NCBI GenBank assembly: GCA_037917685.1
Contig: JAVCBU010000012.1
Span: 192,001 to 256,000 of the forward strand
DNA: 64,000 bases
Source of the DNA: Thermoproteota archaeon
GTDB taxonomy: Archaea; Korarchaeota; Korarchaeia; Korarchaeales; JAOZGB01
Direction: 5' to 3'
Made by a program: the position numbers and the translations under genes. Below the pieces are notes generated by a model, which saw only the letters and a program-made list of their open reading frames with translations, made no database searches and was not told the origin of the DNA. Below are positions 44,124-53,829 of the stretch, in pieces (positions within the stretch are counted from its first letter, which is position 1; every line of letters begins with the position of its first letter).

Positions 44124-45413
44124 TACTACGTTCACAGGGTCTAAGTAGTCGGAGAAGGCCGGGTTATATGGAATCTCGACTCCTTCTAGATCTGAGAATC
44201 TTAGTCGACTATTTACAGCTAAAGAAACAATGCTAATTCGAGGATACACATCTCGCCCTATAGCTTGCCCTCCTAGAATCCTACCATCATCTGATGAGAA
44301 TACCAATTTTAAGGTGATTTTACCCGAATCTTGCATATACCATGGTTTACTCCAACATGTATACTTATATGAGCATACTTTAAAACCAGCTTTGACAGCA
44401 TTTTCCTCCGTAAGTCCGACAGCTCCGATTTCGATGTCTCCAGCTTTTATTACATATGGTGAAGCTGAACCTCTATATTCTATGGATCCGCCGGTAGCAT
44501 TTATCCCTGCAACCATGCCCTGTTTCACCGCTGAAGTTGCAAGCATGCTAAGGGTTCTCCCTCCTGACACGATATCGAAAGTTTCAACACAGTCCCCACA
44601 GGCATATATCTGTTCAATGTTGGTTCTCATCCTCCTATCAACTACTATTCCCCCGAGATCGCCTATTCTAAGCCCGGCTGACTTAGCAAGTGATATGTTA
44701 GGCTTTACTCCTGTTGTTAGAATAACCATGTCTACCGGTATAGTTTCTTTACCAACGGTTATATCTGAAACCTTACCCCCGACGCCACCTATCTGTTTAA
44801 GAGGAGACCCTAGTTTAAGGTGAATTTTGTCAGATATCTTTTCAACCAGTATTTCAGCCATATCTCTATCTAGCCTACCATGTAAGGGCGTGTCAAACAT
44901 TTCTATAAGATAAACAGATTTAACAGCTTTCCTTATGGCTAACGCAACTTCTAATCCTGTTGCTGAAGCTCCGATAACAGCAACTTTTGAGGAGTTTTCC
45001 ATCCAAGATAGGATTCCCTCTAAATCACTTACATCCTTAAATTTGAAAACACCCTTAAGCCCTACCCCTGGAATAGGCGGGATTACCGGTAAGGATCCTG
45101 TAGCGATTATAAGCTTGTCATAGTTTACCGACACGTAGTCCTCCCCTGTTTTGACTATAATCTCTGATGATGAGGGTTTTATCATATTGGCAACTCCTCT
45201 TACCAGCTCAAATTTACTCGGAATCCGATCGACCCTCTTTAGCACTTCAACGGATGCGGTCCCGTTAAGTATATATGGAAGGCTACATGGATTATTGAAA
45301 ATTTTGTCTCTTTTTTCGATGACCGTTATCTTATGTTTATCCTTTGATTTAGCCGCAAATAGGGCAGCAGTCTTACCGGATGTCCCGTATCCAACGATTA
45401 CTATGTTATCCAT
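44091..45413 (-). CDS. FAD-dependent NADH oxidase / CoA-disulfide reductase family
   Basis: IVIVG.G.SG, PCSLPY redox Cys, YDKLIIATGS, IYACGD, GRILGGQ, PYNP.FS. Start adjusted to ATG 45413. Confidence 0.9.
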   Translation of the reverse strand: MDNIVIVGYGTSGKTAALFAAKSKDKHKITVIEKRDKIFNNPCSLPYILNGTASVEVLKRVDRIPSKFELVRGVANMIKPSSSEIIVKTGEDYVSVNYDKLIIATGSLPVIPPIPGVGLKGVFKFKDVSDLEGILSWMENSSKVAVIGASATGLEVALAIRKAVKSVYLIEMFDTPLHGRLDRDMAEILVEKISDKIHLKLGSPLKQIGGVGGKVSDITVGKETIPVDMVILTTGVKPNISLAKSAGLRIGDLGGIVVDRRMRTNIEQIYACGDCVETFDIVSGGRTLSMLATSAVKQGMVAGINATGGSIEYRGSASPYVIKAGDIEIGAVGLTEENAVKAGFKVCSYKYTCWSKPWYMQDSGKITLKLVFSSDDGRILGGQAIGRDVYPRISIVSLAVNSRLRFSDLEGVEIPYNPAFSDYLDPVNVVSSLVRSKLAG

Positions 45414-45478
45414 AGATTTACACCAATAGATGGTACCATTTAAATTTACCCCTGACTTTCCTACTATTAGAGCTACCA

Positions 45479-46252
45479 ATGGGATACATTAAACTTGTAG
45501 AATATTACAGACCACAGGTAGATAGTCCTGTGTTGATACAGGGCCTGCCAGGCGTAGGACTCGTCGGCAAGCTAACAGCGGACTTTCTAATAAAACAGTT
45601 TAAACCAGACAAGTTTGCTAGCATCTTTTCCGAGTACCTTACCCTTCCAAGCGGGGCGCTTGGTGTTCTCCTTAAGAGTGGGAATAGTATAGAGATATAC
45701 TCTTACGACTTCTATCATATTCAGGCTAAAAATGCTGATCTTATTCTTCTAACTGCAGAGGTTCAGCCAACAACGTGGGGGCAATATTCAATGGCAAATC
45801 AGGTTCTAGATTTCTTTAGGAGTCTCGGGGGAACGATGGTTGTAACTATGGGTGGTAACGTGGTACAGAGATATGAAAATACAGTTTACGCTTGCGCCTC
45901 AAACATGGAGCTTCTTAAAATGCTTTCAAAATATAGGGTTCTCCCACTCCAAGGGGGCGAGGTAACGGGTGCATGTGGTTTGCTAGCTGGACTCGCACCC
46001 GTCAAAGGAATGGATTCATTCTGCCTATTATCATCCACTAGAGGAGTGTATCCGGATCCTAAGGCAGCAAGACGCCTCCTTAAAATAATAGACGAAATGT
46101 ACGGGATAAATGTTGATTACAGCATTGTTAACAAAGCTATAAAGGACGTAGAAATGGCATTGACCCTGAGAAGAGAGATGAACAGGATAATTCAAAGGGC
46201 GAGAGGAGAAATTAAGCCTAAAAGCAGGGAAGAAATACCATACAGGGGTTAA
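45479..46252 (+). CDS. PAC2-family proteasome assembly chaperone
   Basis: GLPGVGLVGKL.AD.L, QP...GQY, T.GG, GA.GLL.G, T.G..PDPKAA. Confidence 0.9.
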   Translation: MGYIKLVEYYRPQVDSPVLIQGLPGVGLVGKLTADFLIKQFKPDKFASIFSEYLTLPSGALGVLLKSGNSIEIYSYDFYHIQAKNADLILLTAEVQPTTWGQYSMANQVLDFFRSLGGTMVVTMGGNVVQRYENTVYACASNMELLKMLSKYRVLPLQGGEVTGACGLLAGLAPVKGMDSFCLLSSTRGVYPDPKAARRLLKIIDEMYGINVDYSIVNKAIKDVEMALTLRREMNRIIQRARGEIKPKSREEIPYRG

Positions 46253-46303
46253 ACATCATTGTTAAAGAAGAATTTAATATTTCAAAACGATGAATATTAG
46301 GTT

Positions 46304-46960
46304 ATGGGCATTCTAGATTTATTCAAGAAGAAGATAGTGTCATTTGAAAAAATAGTTGAACATACACAATGCAGTCTAATGGTTGTTGAAAAGCTGAGGC
46401 AAGCTATTGTGAGTAATATAGAGAATAGGTTAGCTGAGTGTATAAAGGAAATAGGCGAAGTTGAAAACCTTGAGGGTGAAGCTGACACCCTGCGAAGAGG
46501 AATAAATACAGAGTTAACAAAGGGGGTTCTTCCGCCTTTTAGTAGGCAAGACTTAATGCGACTAGTTAGACGCATAGACATGGTAGCAGACTACGCACAT
46601 GAAGCTGGCAGACTTTTGACCTACCTCAACCTTTCAAAACTTGACGAAGATCTTAAGAGGAAAATACTGATGCTAATAAATGAAACCGTATATTGTACGA
46701 AGTTAACACTAGAGGCTACAAAAACTATGAGTTCAGACTTTAAACTGGTGGGAGGAATATGTGACAAAATAGAAAACTCTGAAAGAAAGTGTGATATGTT
46801 GTACCTAGAATCACTAGGCCAGGTGATTGTAGGAAGGTGCTGTGATGAAGGAGCTATGATAGCCCTCTTCGCTTTTCTAAAGGCACTGGAGGAAGTCTCA
46901 GATATGTGTGAGGACGCCTCTGATGTTATGAGAATAATATCTATCAGAGCCCTAGAATAA
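46304..46960 (+). CDS. DUF47/PhoU-like phosphate transport regulator (TIGR00153)
   Basis: E.EAD.LRR.I..EL, R.DL..L....D.VAD, E..CD, E..SD.CED..D. Confidence 0.9.
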   Translation: MGILDLFKKKIVSFEKIVEHTQCSLMVVEKLRQAIVSNIENRLAECIKEIGEVENLEGEADTLRRGINTELTKGVLPPFSRQDLMRLVRRIDMVADYAHEAGRLLTYLNLSKLDEDLKRKILMLINETVYCTKLTLEATKTMSSDFKLVGGICDKIENSERKCDMLYLESLGQVIVGRCCDEGAMIALFAFLKALEEVSDMCEDASDVMRIISIRALE

Positions 46961-47525
46961 CAAGTACTGGGCCTTAAGAATCAAAGCTGAAAGAATACCT
47001 GAAACGGGTAATGTAAGAATCCATGAGGCCACTATTCCAACGACCTGTTTATAATTTATGTTCATACCTCTTGCGAATCCCACCCCAATTATAGAAGAGA
47101 TAAGCACTTGACTGCTCGAAAGAGGCAAACCCATCATTGTTGCCAAAAAGGTGACGACTCCCGCTGAGAGTTGAGCTGAAAAAGCCATAGTGGGTGTTAG
47201 GTTAACTACAGACATACCTACCTTTATTAAAACTTTTTTACCTAACGTAGAAAGGCCTACTAGCATTCCAATCCCGCATATAATCCTTGCAACCATACTG
47301 TTACCTAAGATATTAGATAGGAATGCTGTAGCGTTTCCTACATCGTTTCCTCAACTTTCCAACCTATTAGCAAAGCGCCTATAAAGTTAAATGTCCCCCG
47401 ATTACCGCAGCTTTTAAAACAGTCATAAACCTCGAACCTGCAACGGTAGACATTGTTTCGTCGTTAGCACCAATACTTATAGCTATATACATCGAAAACA
47501 ATACTGAAGCAAGTAAGATTAGCAT
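46952..47525 (-). pseudogene. Inorganic phosphate transporter (PiT) pseudogene with frameshift and large internal deletion
   Basis: N-terminal signature SIGANDET at ~47460-47480; frameshift near 47395; then FNFIGALLIG.KVEET joined directly to the C-terminal GNDVGNA...GLPLSSSQ....I.GVG...SWILT. Confidence 0.8.
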
Positions 47526-47578
47526 TGTAGTTCATTATTTCACATAGCCTATGTATAAATGTTTGGAGGCCGATATCT

Positions 47579-48217
47579 TTGAAGAAGATCAAGTATATCT
47601 CATTCGATGTGGAAGGTACCCTGGTAACAAAGGATTTTAGTAATTATGTTTGGATGAAGCTTCTACCTACTCTGTATATGGAGAAAAATGGGTTAAGCTT
47701 TGAAGAGGCTTATAAATACGTTATGGAGCAGTATAGAATGATGGGAGACAGAAGGGTTGAATGGTACATGCTTAACTACTGGGTTGACAGGTTTAAACTT
47801 GAGGTTGACCCAGATATGATTCTACTTAGTGCGGCAAAAGAGGTTGGGGTTAAAGCATACAGTGATGCGATAGGCGCGATTAAACAGGCATCTAGTATAG
47901 GTAAAATTGTTTTAATCACCAATTCTACAAGGACTTTCTTAAAGTTTTTACTCTCCCCCTTTGATTCTAAAATATTTTATAAGATTTTCTCTGTAGTTGA
48001 CGACTTTAGACTTACAAAATACAGCGTTAAAGCCTATCATAAGGTCTTAGAGGTTTTAGAGGCTAATCCATCGAATATATGCCATATTGGAGACAACTTC
48101 GTACAGGACTATCTCGTTCCTATGAGTGTAGGAATCAGATCTTTTTATCTCTCAAGAGGTGGCGCCACCGGATATAAAAATCTAAATGAGATAGTTAACA
48201 ACATGATATCTGGCTAG
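47579..48217 (+). CDS. HAD-superfamily hydrolase
   Basis: ISFDVEGTL, ITNS, K, HIGDN..QDY. Confidence 0.88.
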   Translation: MKKIKYISFDVEGTLVTKDFSNYVWMKLLPTLYMEKNGLSFEEAYKYVMEQYRMMGDRRVEWYMLNYWVDRFKLEVDPDMILLSAAKEVGVKAYSDAIGAIKQASSIGKIVLITNSTRTFLKFLLSPFDSKIFYKIFSVVDDFRLTKYSVKAYHKVLEVLEANPSNICHIGDNFVQDYLVPMSVGIRSFYLSRGGATGYKNLNEIVNNMISG

Positions 48218-48227
48218 GGGGTTAAAA

Positions 48228-50060
48228 TTGCAAAGTATAGATTACTTCCCATATGAATTTAGAGTTGGACAAAAGGCTTTTCTTTCATTCATTGAGAAAT
48301 ATGTTTCTGCTAGGAATATATGCGTGGAAGCTCCAACCGGATTCGGCAAGACTCCTCTTATAATCTCAGCTCTCCTACCCTACTGTTCAAGGGGAATTAA
48401 GATTATATGGGCTGTTAGAACGGGCAATGAAACTGACAGGCCTATTGAAGAGCTTAAAATCATTAACAAAAGACTTGACAAGAGGGTTTTCGGCATCTCT
48501 TTCAGGGGTAAGAAGGATATGTGCATATTAATAAGGGACTTAGAATTCAAGAATGCGTCACATTCTGACGCTGCCTATATCTGTAGGGCTTATCGTAGAG
48601 ATTGTAGGTATTATTGGGGCTTCAAAAAGAAGTTTAAACCGGATATGGCGATAAATGAGCCGCTGATCTACTCGGAAATCCTGTCATTAGGGATGGAGCG
48701 GGGGATATGCCCTTATATGATTGAAAGATCCTTGCTCAGATACGCAAATCTTATATCTCTAAGTTACAACTATATTCTTGACAAAAATATAGGCTTATCT
48801 ATCTCGAGAGCTCTAGATTTCAGCCGGTGCATCTTAGTTGTAGATGAAGCCCATAACTTACAGTCTGCTGTTTCAAACATCAATTCAATAAGGATTTCGA
48901 GGAGGACTGTTGAGTCCTCTTTAAAGGAGATAGAAACTTCAGAGATAAGTAAATCTGCTATTCAGACTGTTAATAGAATATACGAGTATCTAAATGATGA
49001 GAGAGAAGCTGAAATTGATAGAAAGGAATTTTTAGAGTTTATTTTAAGCGGTGAGGATGATGTAGTCGAAGACCTTGAAAAAATAGCTGAATATACCAGG
49101 AGGAGGAAGTTGAACGATGGCAGGCCCCCCCGATCATCAACAGGAAGAATATGTTCCCTCATAAAAAGGTTAAAGGAGAACATTGAATCCGAAGGTGTCC
49201 GCCTGCTTAGGAGCATAGAAGAAGGTAAATTATATATTGAACTGGTTGACATGAGAATCTCGGAGATATTAGGTCCACTCTGGAAGAAATTTTGGAGATG
49301 TGTCTTCTGTTCTGGCACGTTAAAACCTATTGTTGGGTTTGCAAAGGTTATTGGGCTTGAAGATTATGCTGAAAGAGTTTTCCCATCCTACTTCGACAGA
49401 TCTAAAATTAAAAGCTACATACTCAAAGGGGTGAGCACTAGGGGTGAAGAACTAAGCTTTGAGATGGCCAATAGATATGTAAAGTCAATTGTGGAAGCGT
49501 TACTCTCAATAGACGTGAGTTCAGCAGTATTTTCGGCAAGCTATAGAATTCAAGACTCACTTATCTCAGCTGGTCTTGTCGACCTACTTAGAGATGCAGG
49601 TCGCCCTGTGCTGATTGAAAAAAAGACAATGAGTGGAGACGAAGCAAGGATGCTCCTAGACCGGTTTAAGAATATGGCTAAAATAGGTAGGAAGCCAGTA
49701 CTCCTCGCTGTAGCTATGGGTAGATTTGCGGAGGGGGCTGATTTCCCTGGAGAGGAGCTCGAACTTGTATATATGGCTGGCATCCCCTTTGAAAAAATAA
49801 CACTGAAAACTCAGCTACTCATAGAATATTACACTAACCTTTACGGTAGCATGGGAAGATTCTACGCCTACGTCGTCCCGGCTATCAGGAGGGCATCCCA
49901 GGCGATCGGTCGGGTTCTAAGGTCCCACGACGACAGGGGTACATTTATACTTGGTGATGAGAGATATCTTAGAAGGGAATACATTAGGCTGCTACCTGAC
50001 TACGTGGTTGAAACAGTAAAGGTGGTAGATTACAAAAGTTTAAGGTTCTATATCGAATGA
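48228..50060 (+). CDS. xpd: XPD/Rad3/DinG-family Fe-S DNA helicase
   Basis: R.GQ, EAPTGFGKT, Fe-S Cys (MC..C..C..CPY), VDEAHNL, SGTL.P, EG.DF, GIPF, Q.IGRV.R. Confidence 0.92.
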   Translation: MQSIDYFPYEFRVGQKAFLSFIEKYVSARNICVEAPTGFGKTPLIISALLPYCSRGIKIIWAVRTGNETDRPIEELKIINKRLDKRVFGISFRGKKDMCILIRDLEFKNASHSDAAYICRAYRRDCRYYWGFKKKFKPDMAINEPLIYSEILSLGMERGICPYMIERSLLRYANLISLSYNYILDKNIGLSISRALDFSRCILVVDEAHNLQSAVSNINSIRISRRTVESSLKEIETSEISKSAIQTVNRIYEYLNDEREAEIDRKEFLEFILSGEDDVVEDLEKIAEYTRRRKLNDGRPPRSSTGRICSLIKRLKENIESEGVRLLRSIEEGKLYIELVDMRISEILGPLWKKFWRCVFCSGTLKPIVGFAKVIGLEDYAERVFPSYFDRSKIKSYILKGVSTRGEELSFEMANRYVKSIVEALLSIDVSSAVFSASYRIQDSLISAGLVDLLRDAGRPVLIEKKTMSGDEARMLLDRFKNMAKIGRKPVLLAVAMGRFAEGADFPGEELELVYMAGIPFEKITLKTQLLIEYYTNLYGSMGRFYAYVVPAIRRASQAIGRVLRSHDDRGTFILGDERYLRREYIRLLPDYVVETVKVVDYKSLRFYIE

Positions 50061-50103
50061 CTTAAGGTGTGAAAATATTTATTCCTTCCAAGCCCTTGAT
50101 ATC

Positions 50104-51312
50104 ATGATGAGAAGAATAGTTTTACTATTTATAATTGGTATTTCTCCGTTTATTCTTGCTTGTGGACATGGGAGTGGAGAAATAGTGGTGTTGAAAATTG
50201 AAGCCCCCATATTTTACGGCACATCAGATCTTATCGTTAGAACTCTTGGGCAGGGATATGCCGAAGGCTACATCATAGTTATTAATACTAACGGAGGATT
50301 GTTAAAAGCGACCGAAGAAATAGTAGATGCGATATCCTCATGTCCTGCTAAAGTTGTTGTATTCATACCTCCTGGGGGGAGAGCATTCTCCGCGGGAGCA
50401 TATATAGCGATGGCGGCTGACATAGTAGCAGCAGCTAACGGATCTGCAATTGGCGCATGCTCACCAGTGCCATATAGTGAAAAGGAGGCTAAAGCGATGG
50501 CTTCTTGGATACAGAGCCTTGCTGAGGCGAACGGGAGACCTGGCGAGATTGCTAGAAAAATGGTAACCGAAAATCTCGTATTAACAGCTGCGGAGGCATA
50601 TGAGTCTGGAATCGCCGACATAGTATGTTCTAACATTTCAGATCTGCTGATAAAAATGGGCTGGAGCAATGTAAGCGTGGTTAATGTAGAATTAGACCTT
50701 AAAGCCGAGTTCCTTAATATGATCTCTGATCCGGTGATGGCATGGTTTCTTTTTACTTCAGGAATATTACTACTCATGATAGGCCTTAAAACACCAACCC
50801 TTATTGGTGAAGGAATCGGGGTAACATTCATAATCCTAGCGCTCTACGGTATGGGTCTAATTCAAGCGGGCTGGTCCTCAACGATCATAATGATCCTTGG
50901 AATAGCCATAATGTTTTTAGAGATTAAGGCTGGACATGGAGTCTTTGCAATAGGAGGAGTTATACTGTCTCTCATAGGGCTATTCTTAATATACCAGGGT
51001 TCTCCACTGTTATCTCCAGGCAAAAAATTCGCAGCCTCCATATTTACAGGATTAGCTATGGGTGGGATCTTATCTTTCTATCTTTACAAGGTAAAGCAAG
51101 TTCTCAAAAGAAAGGAGAAGTTTATTGACCCCAGAAAGATGCTGGGGGAAAAGGGAATCGTCAAGACCGAAATTAGACCAGGAAAACCTGGCGTTGTACT
51201 TGTTGGATCCGAGCTTTGGACAGCAATCTCCTCCGAACCTATTAAAGAGGGCATGGAGGTTAAAGTAGTCGGGGTTGAAGGGCTAACCTTAAAAGTTGAA
51301 AGATCCTTGTAA
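50104..51312 (+). CDS. nfeD: NfeD membrane-bound serine protease (long form)
   Basis: INT.GG, RAFSAGAYI, IGA.SP, TM region, C-terminal OB fold G.V.V.SE.W.A. Confidence 0.92.
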   Translation: MMRRIVLLFIIGISPFILACGHGSGEIVVLKIEAPIFYGTSDLIVRTLGQGYAEGYIIVINTNGGLLKATEEIVDAISSCPAKVVVFIPPGGRAFSAGAYIAMAADIVAAANGSAIGACSPVPYSEKEAKAMASWIQSLAEANGRPGEIARKMVTENLVLTAAEAYESGIADIVCSNISDLLIKMGWSNVSVVNVELDLKAEFLNMISDPVMAWFLFTSGILLLMIGLKTPTLIGEGIGVTFIILALYGMGLIQAGWSSTIIMILGIAIMFLEIKAGHGVFAIGGVILSLIGLFLIYQGSPLLSPGKKFAASIFTGLAMGGILSFYLYKVKQVLKRKEKFIDPRKMLGEKGIVKTEIRPGKPGVVLVGSELWTAISSEPIKEGMEVKVVGVEGLTLKVERSL

Positions 51313-51318
51313 CCACGT

Positions 51319-52188
51319 ATGGATTTATCAACCGTAATACTTGCAGGGATAGCTCTTATAGTCTTATGGCTCCTATTCTCAGCAATAAAAATCGTAAGAG
51401 AATACGAGAGACTTGTAGTATTGAGGTTGGGTGCCTTCCTAGACGTTAGAGGGCCTGGACCAACGCTTATTATTCCCATCATTGATAAAGCGATTAAAGT
51501 TGACCTAAGAGAGTCTTATTTTGAAGTTCCCCATCAAACATGTATTACAAAGGATAATGCGCCAACAGACATAGACTTCGTTGTTTATTACAAAGTTGTA
51601 AAACCGGCAGAATCCGTACTAGCAGTACAAAACTTCAAAGGGGCAGCAATCGTAATAGCGACGACAACTTTGAGAGATGTTATAGGTAATATTGTTCTTG
51701 ACGATGTGCTTGCAAAAAGAGACGAGATAAATAAGATCCTAAGGACAAAACTTGACGAGGTCACAGAAAGGTGGGGTGTCAAGGTTACCAGCGTGGAAAT
51801 AAGAGAAATCCTTCCACCCAGGGACGTTCAAGAAGCCATGATCAAACAGATGGCTGCAGAAAGGAATAGGAGAGCAATGGTTACAGAGGCTGAAGGGAAG
51901 AAAATATCAGCTATCAAAGTTGCTGAAGGGAAGAAGCACGCTACGATACTCGAAGCAGAGGGAGACAAACAGGCGGCTATACTTAGAGCTGAAGGGTTCG
52001 CTAGGGCGCTTGAGCAGATATATAACGTGGCCAATAAGATAGATGTAAAAACGATGACCCTGCAATACTTGAAAACCCTAGAAGCGATTGGTTCAAGTCC
52101 TGCAACAAAGATCGTCCTACCAATGGAGTTTACAAGGCTCCTACAACCATTAATAGGCTATGCTGAAAGGTCTATGGAACAGAGATAG
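51319..52188 (+). CDS. SPFH/stomatin (band 7) protein
   Basis: VREYER.VV.RLG, ITKDN, TTLR.VIG, WGVKV..VEI, QM.AER.RRA...AEG. Confidence 0.95.
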   Translation: MDLSTVILAGIALIVLWLLFSAIKIVREYERLVVLRLGAFLDVRGPGPTLIIPIIDKAIKVDLRESYFEVPHQTCITKDNAPTDIDFVVYYKVVKPAESVLAVQNFKGAAIVIATTTLRDVIGNIVLDDVLAKRDEINKILRTKLDEVTERWGVKVTSVEIREILPPRDVQEAMIKQMAAERNRRAMVTEAEGKKISAIKVAEGKKHATILEAEGDKQAAILRAEGFARALEQIYNVANKIDVKTMTLQYLKTLEAIGSSPATKIVLPMEFTRLLQPLIGYAERSMEQR

Positions 52189-53259
52189 GTGGATTCTTTG
52201 GATGAGAGAATCCAAAGAATAACGAGAAACACTGTGGAGGTTATAACGCTCAACGACCTTACTAAACTACTCGAAGAGGTGGATAAGCCGAGAGCTTATA
52301 TAGGAGTCGAGCCTTCAGGCATGTTCCATATAGGATGGCTTATTTGGGCATGGAAACTGATAGATCTCGTGGATGCTGGGTTTAAAACCATGGTCTTACT
52401 TGCAAACTGGCACGCATACATTAATGACAAGCTAGGAGGTAAAATGGAAAATATAAGAATCTGTAGTGAGTATATAAAAGAGTGCTTAGAGGCTGTAGGT
52501 ATCCCGGGAAGTGTCGAATACATTTATGGAGACGAACTTGTAAGCAGGATGGAATACTGGGAGAGATATCTAAAAATCTGTAAGAGATTAACCCTTGCAA
52601 GGGTTAAAAGGGCAATAACAATAATGGGTAGGAAACAGGACGAGGCAGAAGCTGATTTTTCAAAGCTTTTATATCCTGCGATGCAGGTGGATGACATTTT
52701 CGAGTTAGACGTTCACCTTGCCCTCGGCGGGATGGATCAACGGAGAGCGCACGTTCTACAACGTGAGGTAGCTGGAAAGATGGGTTTAAGGAGGATCGTA
52801 GCTCTACATACGCCACTACTCCCTAGTCTTAGGGGTTTAGAAAGAATGGAGTCCTTAAGCCCGGAGGAAGCCATGTTAGAAGCTAAGATGAGTAAATCTA
52901 AACCGGAAGGATGTATATTCATAACAGACAGCCCAGAGGACATAAAAAGGAAGATATCAAAGGCATACTGCCCACAGAAAGTGATAGAAAACAATCCGTT
53001 GCTTCTTATCGCCAAATATATAGTTTTCCCTAAAAATAACCGGATAAAGATAGAGAGACCTGCAAAATATGGAGGAGACATAACATACGAGAACTACGAT
53101 GACTTGGAGAAGGATTATGCTTCAGGGAGCTTACACCCAGCAGATTTAAAGACCGCCATTTCGGATGCCCTGATTCAAATTTTACACCCGGTTAGAAAGT
53201 ATTTCGAGAAAAAGCCGGAGAATCTAGAAGCTATGTTAAAGATTACAATAAGCAGGTGA
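52189..53259 (+). CDS. tyrS: Tyrosyl-tRNA synthetase
   Basis: YIG.EPSG..HIG, YPAMQ..D, GGMDQR, KMSKS, LHP.DLK. Confidence 0.97.
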   Translation: MDSLDERIQRITRNTVEVITLNDLTKLLEEVDKPRAYIGVEPSGMFHIGWLIWAWKLIDLVDAGFKTMVLLANWHAYINDKLGGKMENIRICSEYIKECLEAVGIPGSVEYIYGDELVSRMEYWERYLKICKRLTLARVKRAITIMGRKQDEAEADFSKLLYPAMQVDDIFELDVHLALGGMDQRRAHVLQREVAGKMGLRRIVALHTPLLPSLRGLERMESLSPEEAMLEAKMSKSKPEGCIFITDSPEDIKRKISKAYCPQKVIENNPLLLIAKYIVFPKNNRIKIERPAKYGGDITYENYDDLEKDYASGSLHPADLKTAISDALIQILHPVRKYFEKKPENLEAMLKITISR

Positions 53260-53819
53260 TCGTTAACATGGTTAGATCATTCATCGCCATCGATATTGAT
53301 AATGAAGAAGTCGTTCGGAAAATAGTCTCCTTTCAAAGAGAGCTTATAAAGTATGGAAAATTCAAGATTGTAAAACCGGAAAATCTCCACATAACCCTGA
53401 AGTTTCTAGGCGAGATAGATCCTGCGAAAATAGATGTTATAACAGGAATCCTTGATAAGATTGAAAGCGACAAGTTTGAAATAATTTTTAGAGGGCTTGG
53501 CTGCTTTCCTTCACCTTCAAGACCTAACGTGGTCTGGGTAGGGGTTATGGAGGAGAATAGTAGCCTTTTAAACATATGGAGTTATATTGAGGACCAACTT
53601 CAAAGATATGGATTTCAAAGGGAGAGAAGAGGATTTAAGCCTCACCTAACCATCGCTAGAGTTAAGTTCATCTCTAACAGGCAAGGTTTTAGAAACATGA
53701 TTTACAAATACCATGAATTTGAGCTAGGAGTTCAAAGAGTGGCTAGCATAAAGTTAAAGAAGAGTACTTTAACTCCTACAGGGCCTGTCTATGATGATTT
53801 ACATGTAAAGGTACTCTGA
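53256..53819 (+). CDS. thpR: RNA 2',3'-cyclic phosphodiesterase (2H phosphoesterase)
   Basis: R.FIAI, LHITLKFLG, F.PHLTIARV, S.LTP.GP.Y. Confidence 0.95.
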   Translation: MIVNMVRSFIAIDIDNEEVVRKIVSFQRELIKYGKFKIVKPENLHITLKFLGEIDPAKIDVITGILDKIESDKFEIIFRGLGCFPSPSRPNVVWVGVMEENSSLLNIWSYIEDQLQRYGFQRERRGFKPHLTIARVKFISNRQGFRNMIYKYHEFELGVQRVASIKLKKSTLTPTGPVYDDLHVKVL

Positions 53820-53829
53820 TTTTCTCAAT

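Noticed and set aside
50104-52188. NfeD-stomatin pair
   Set aside because: Well-described conserved operon.
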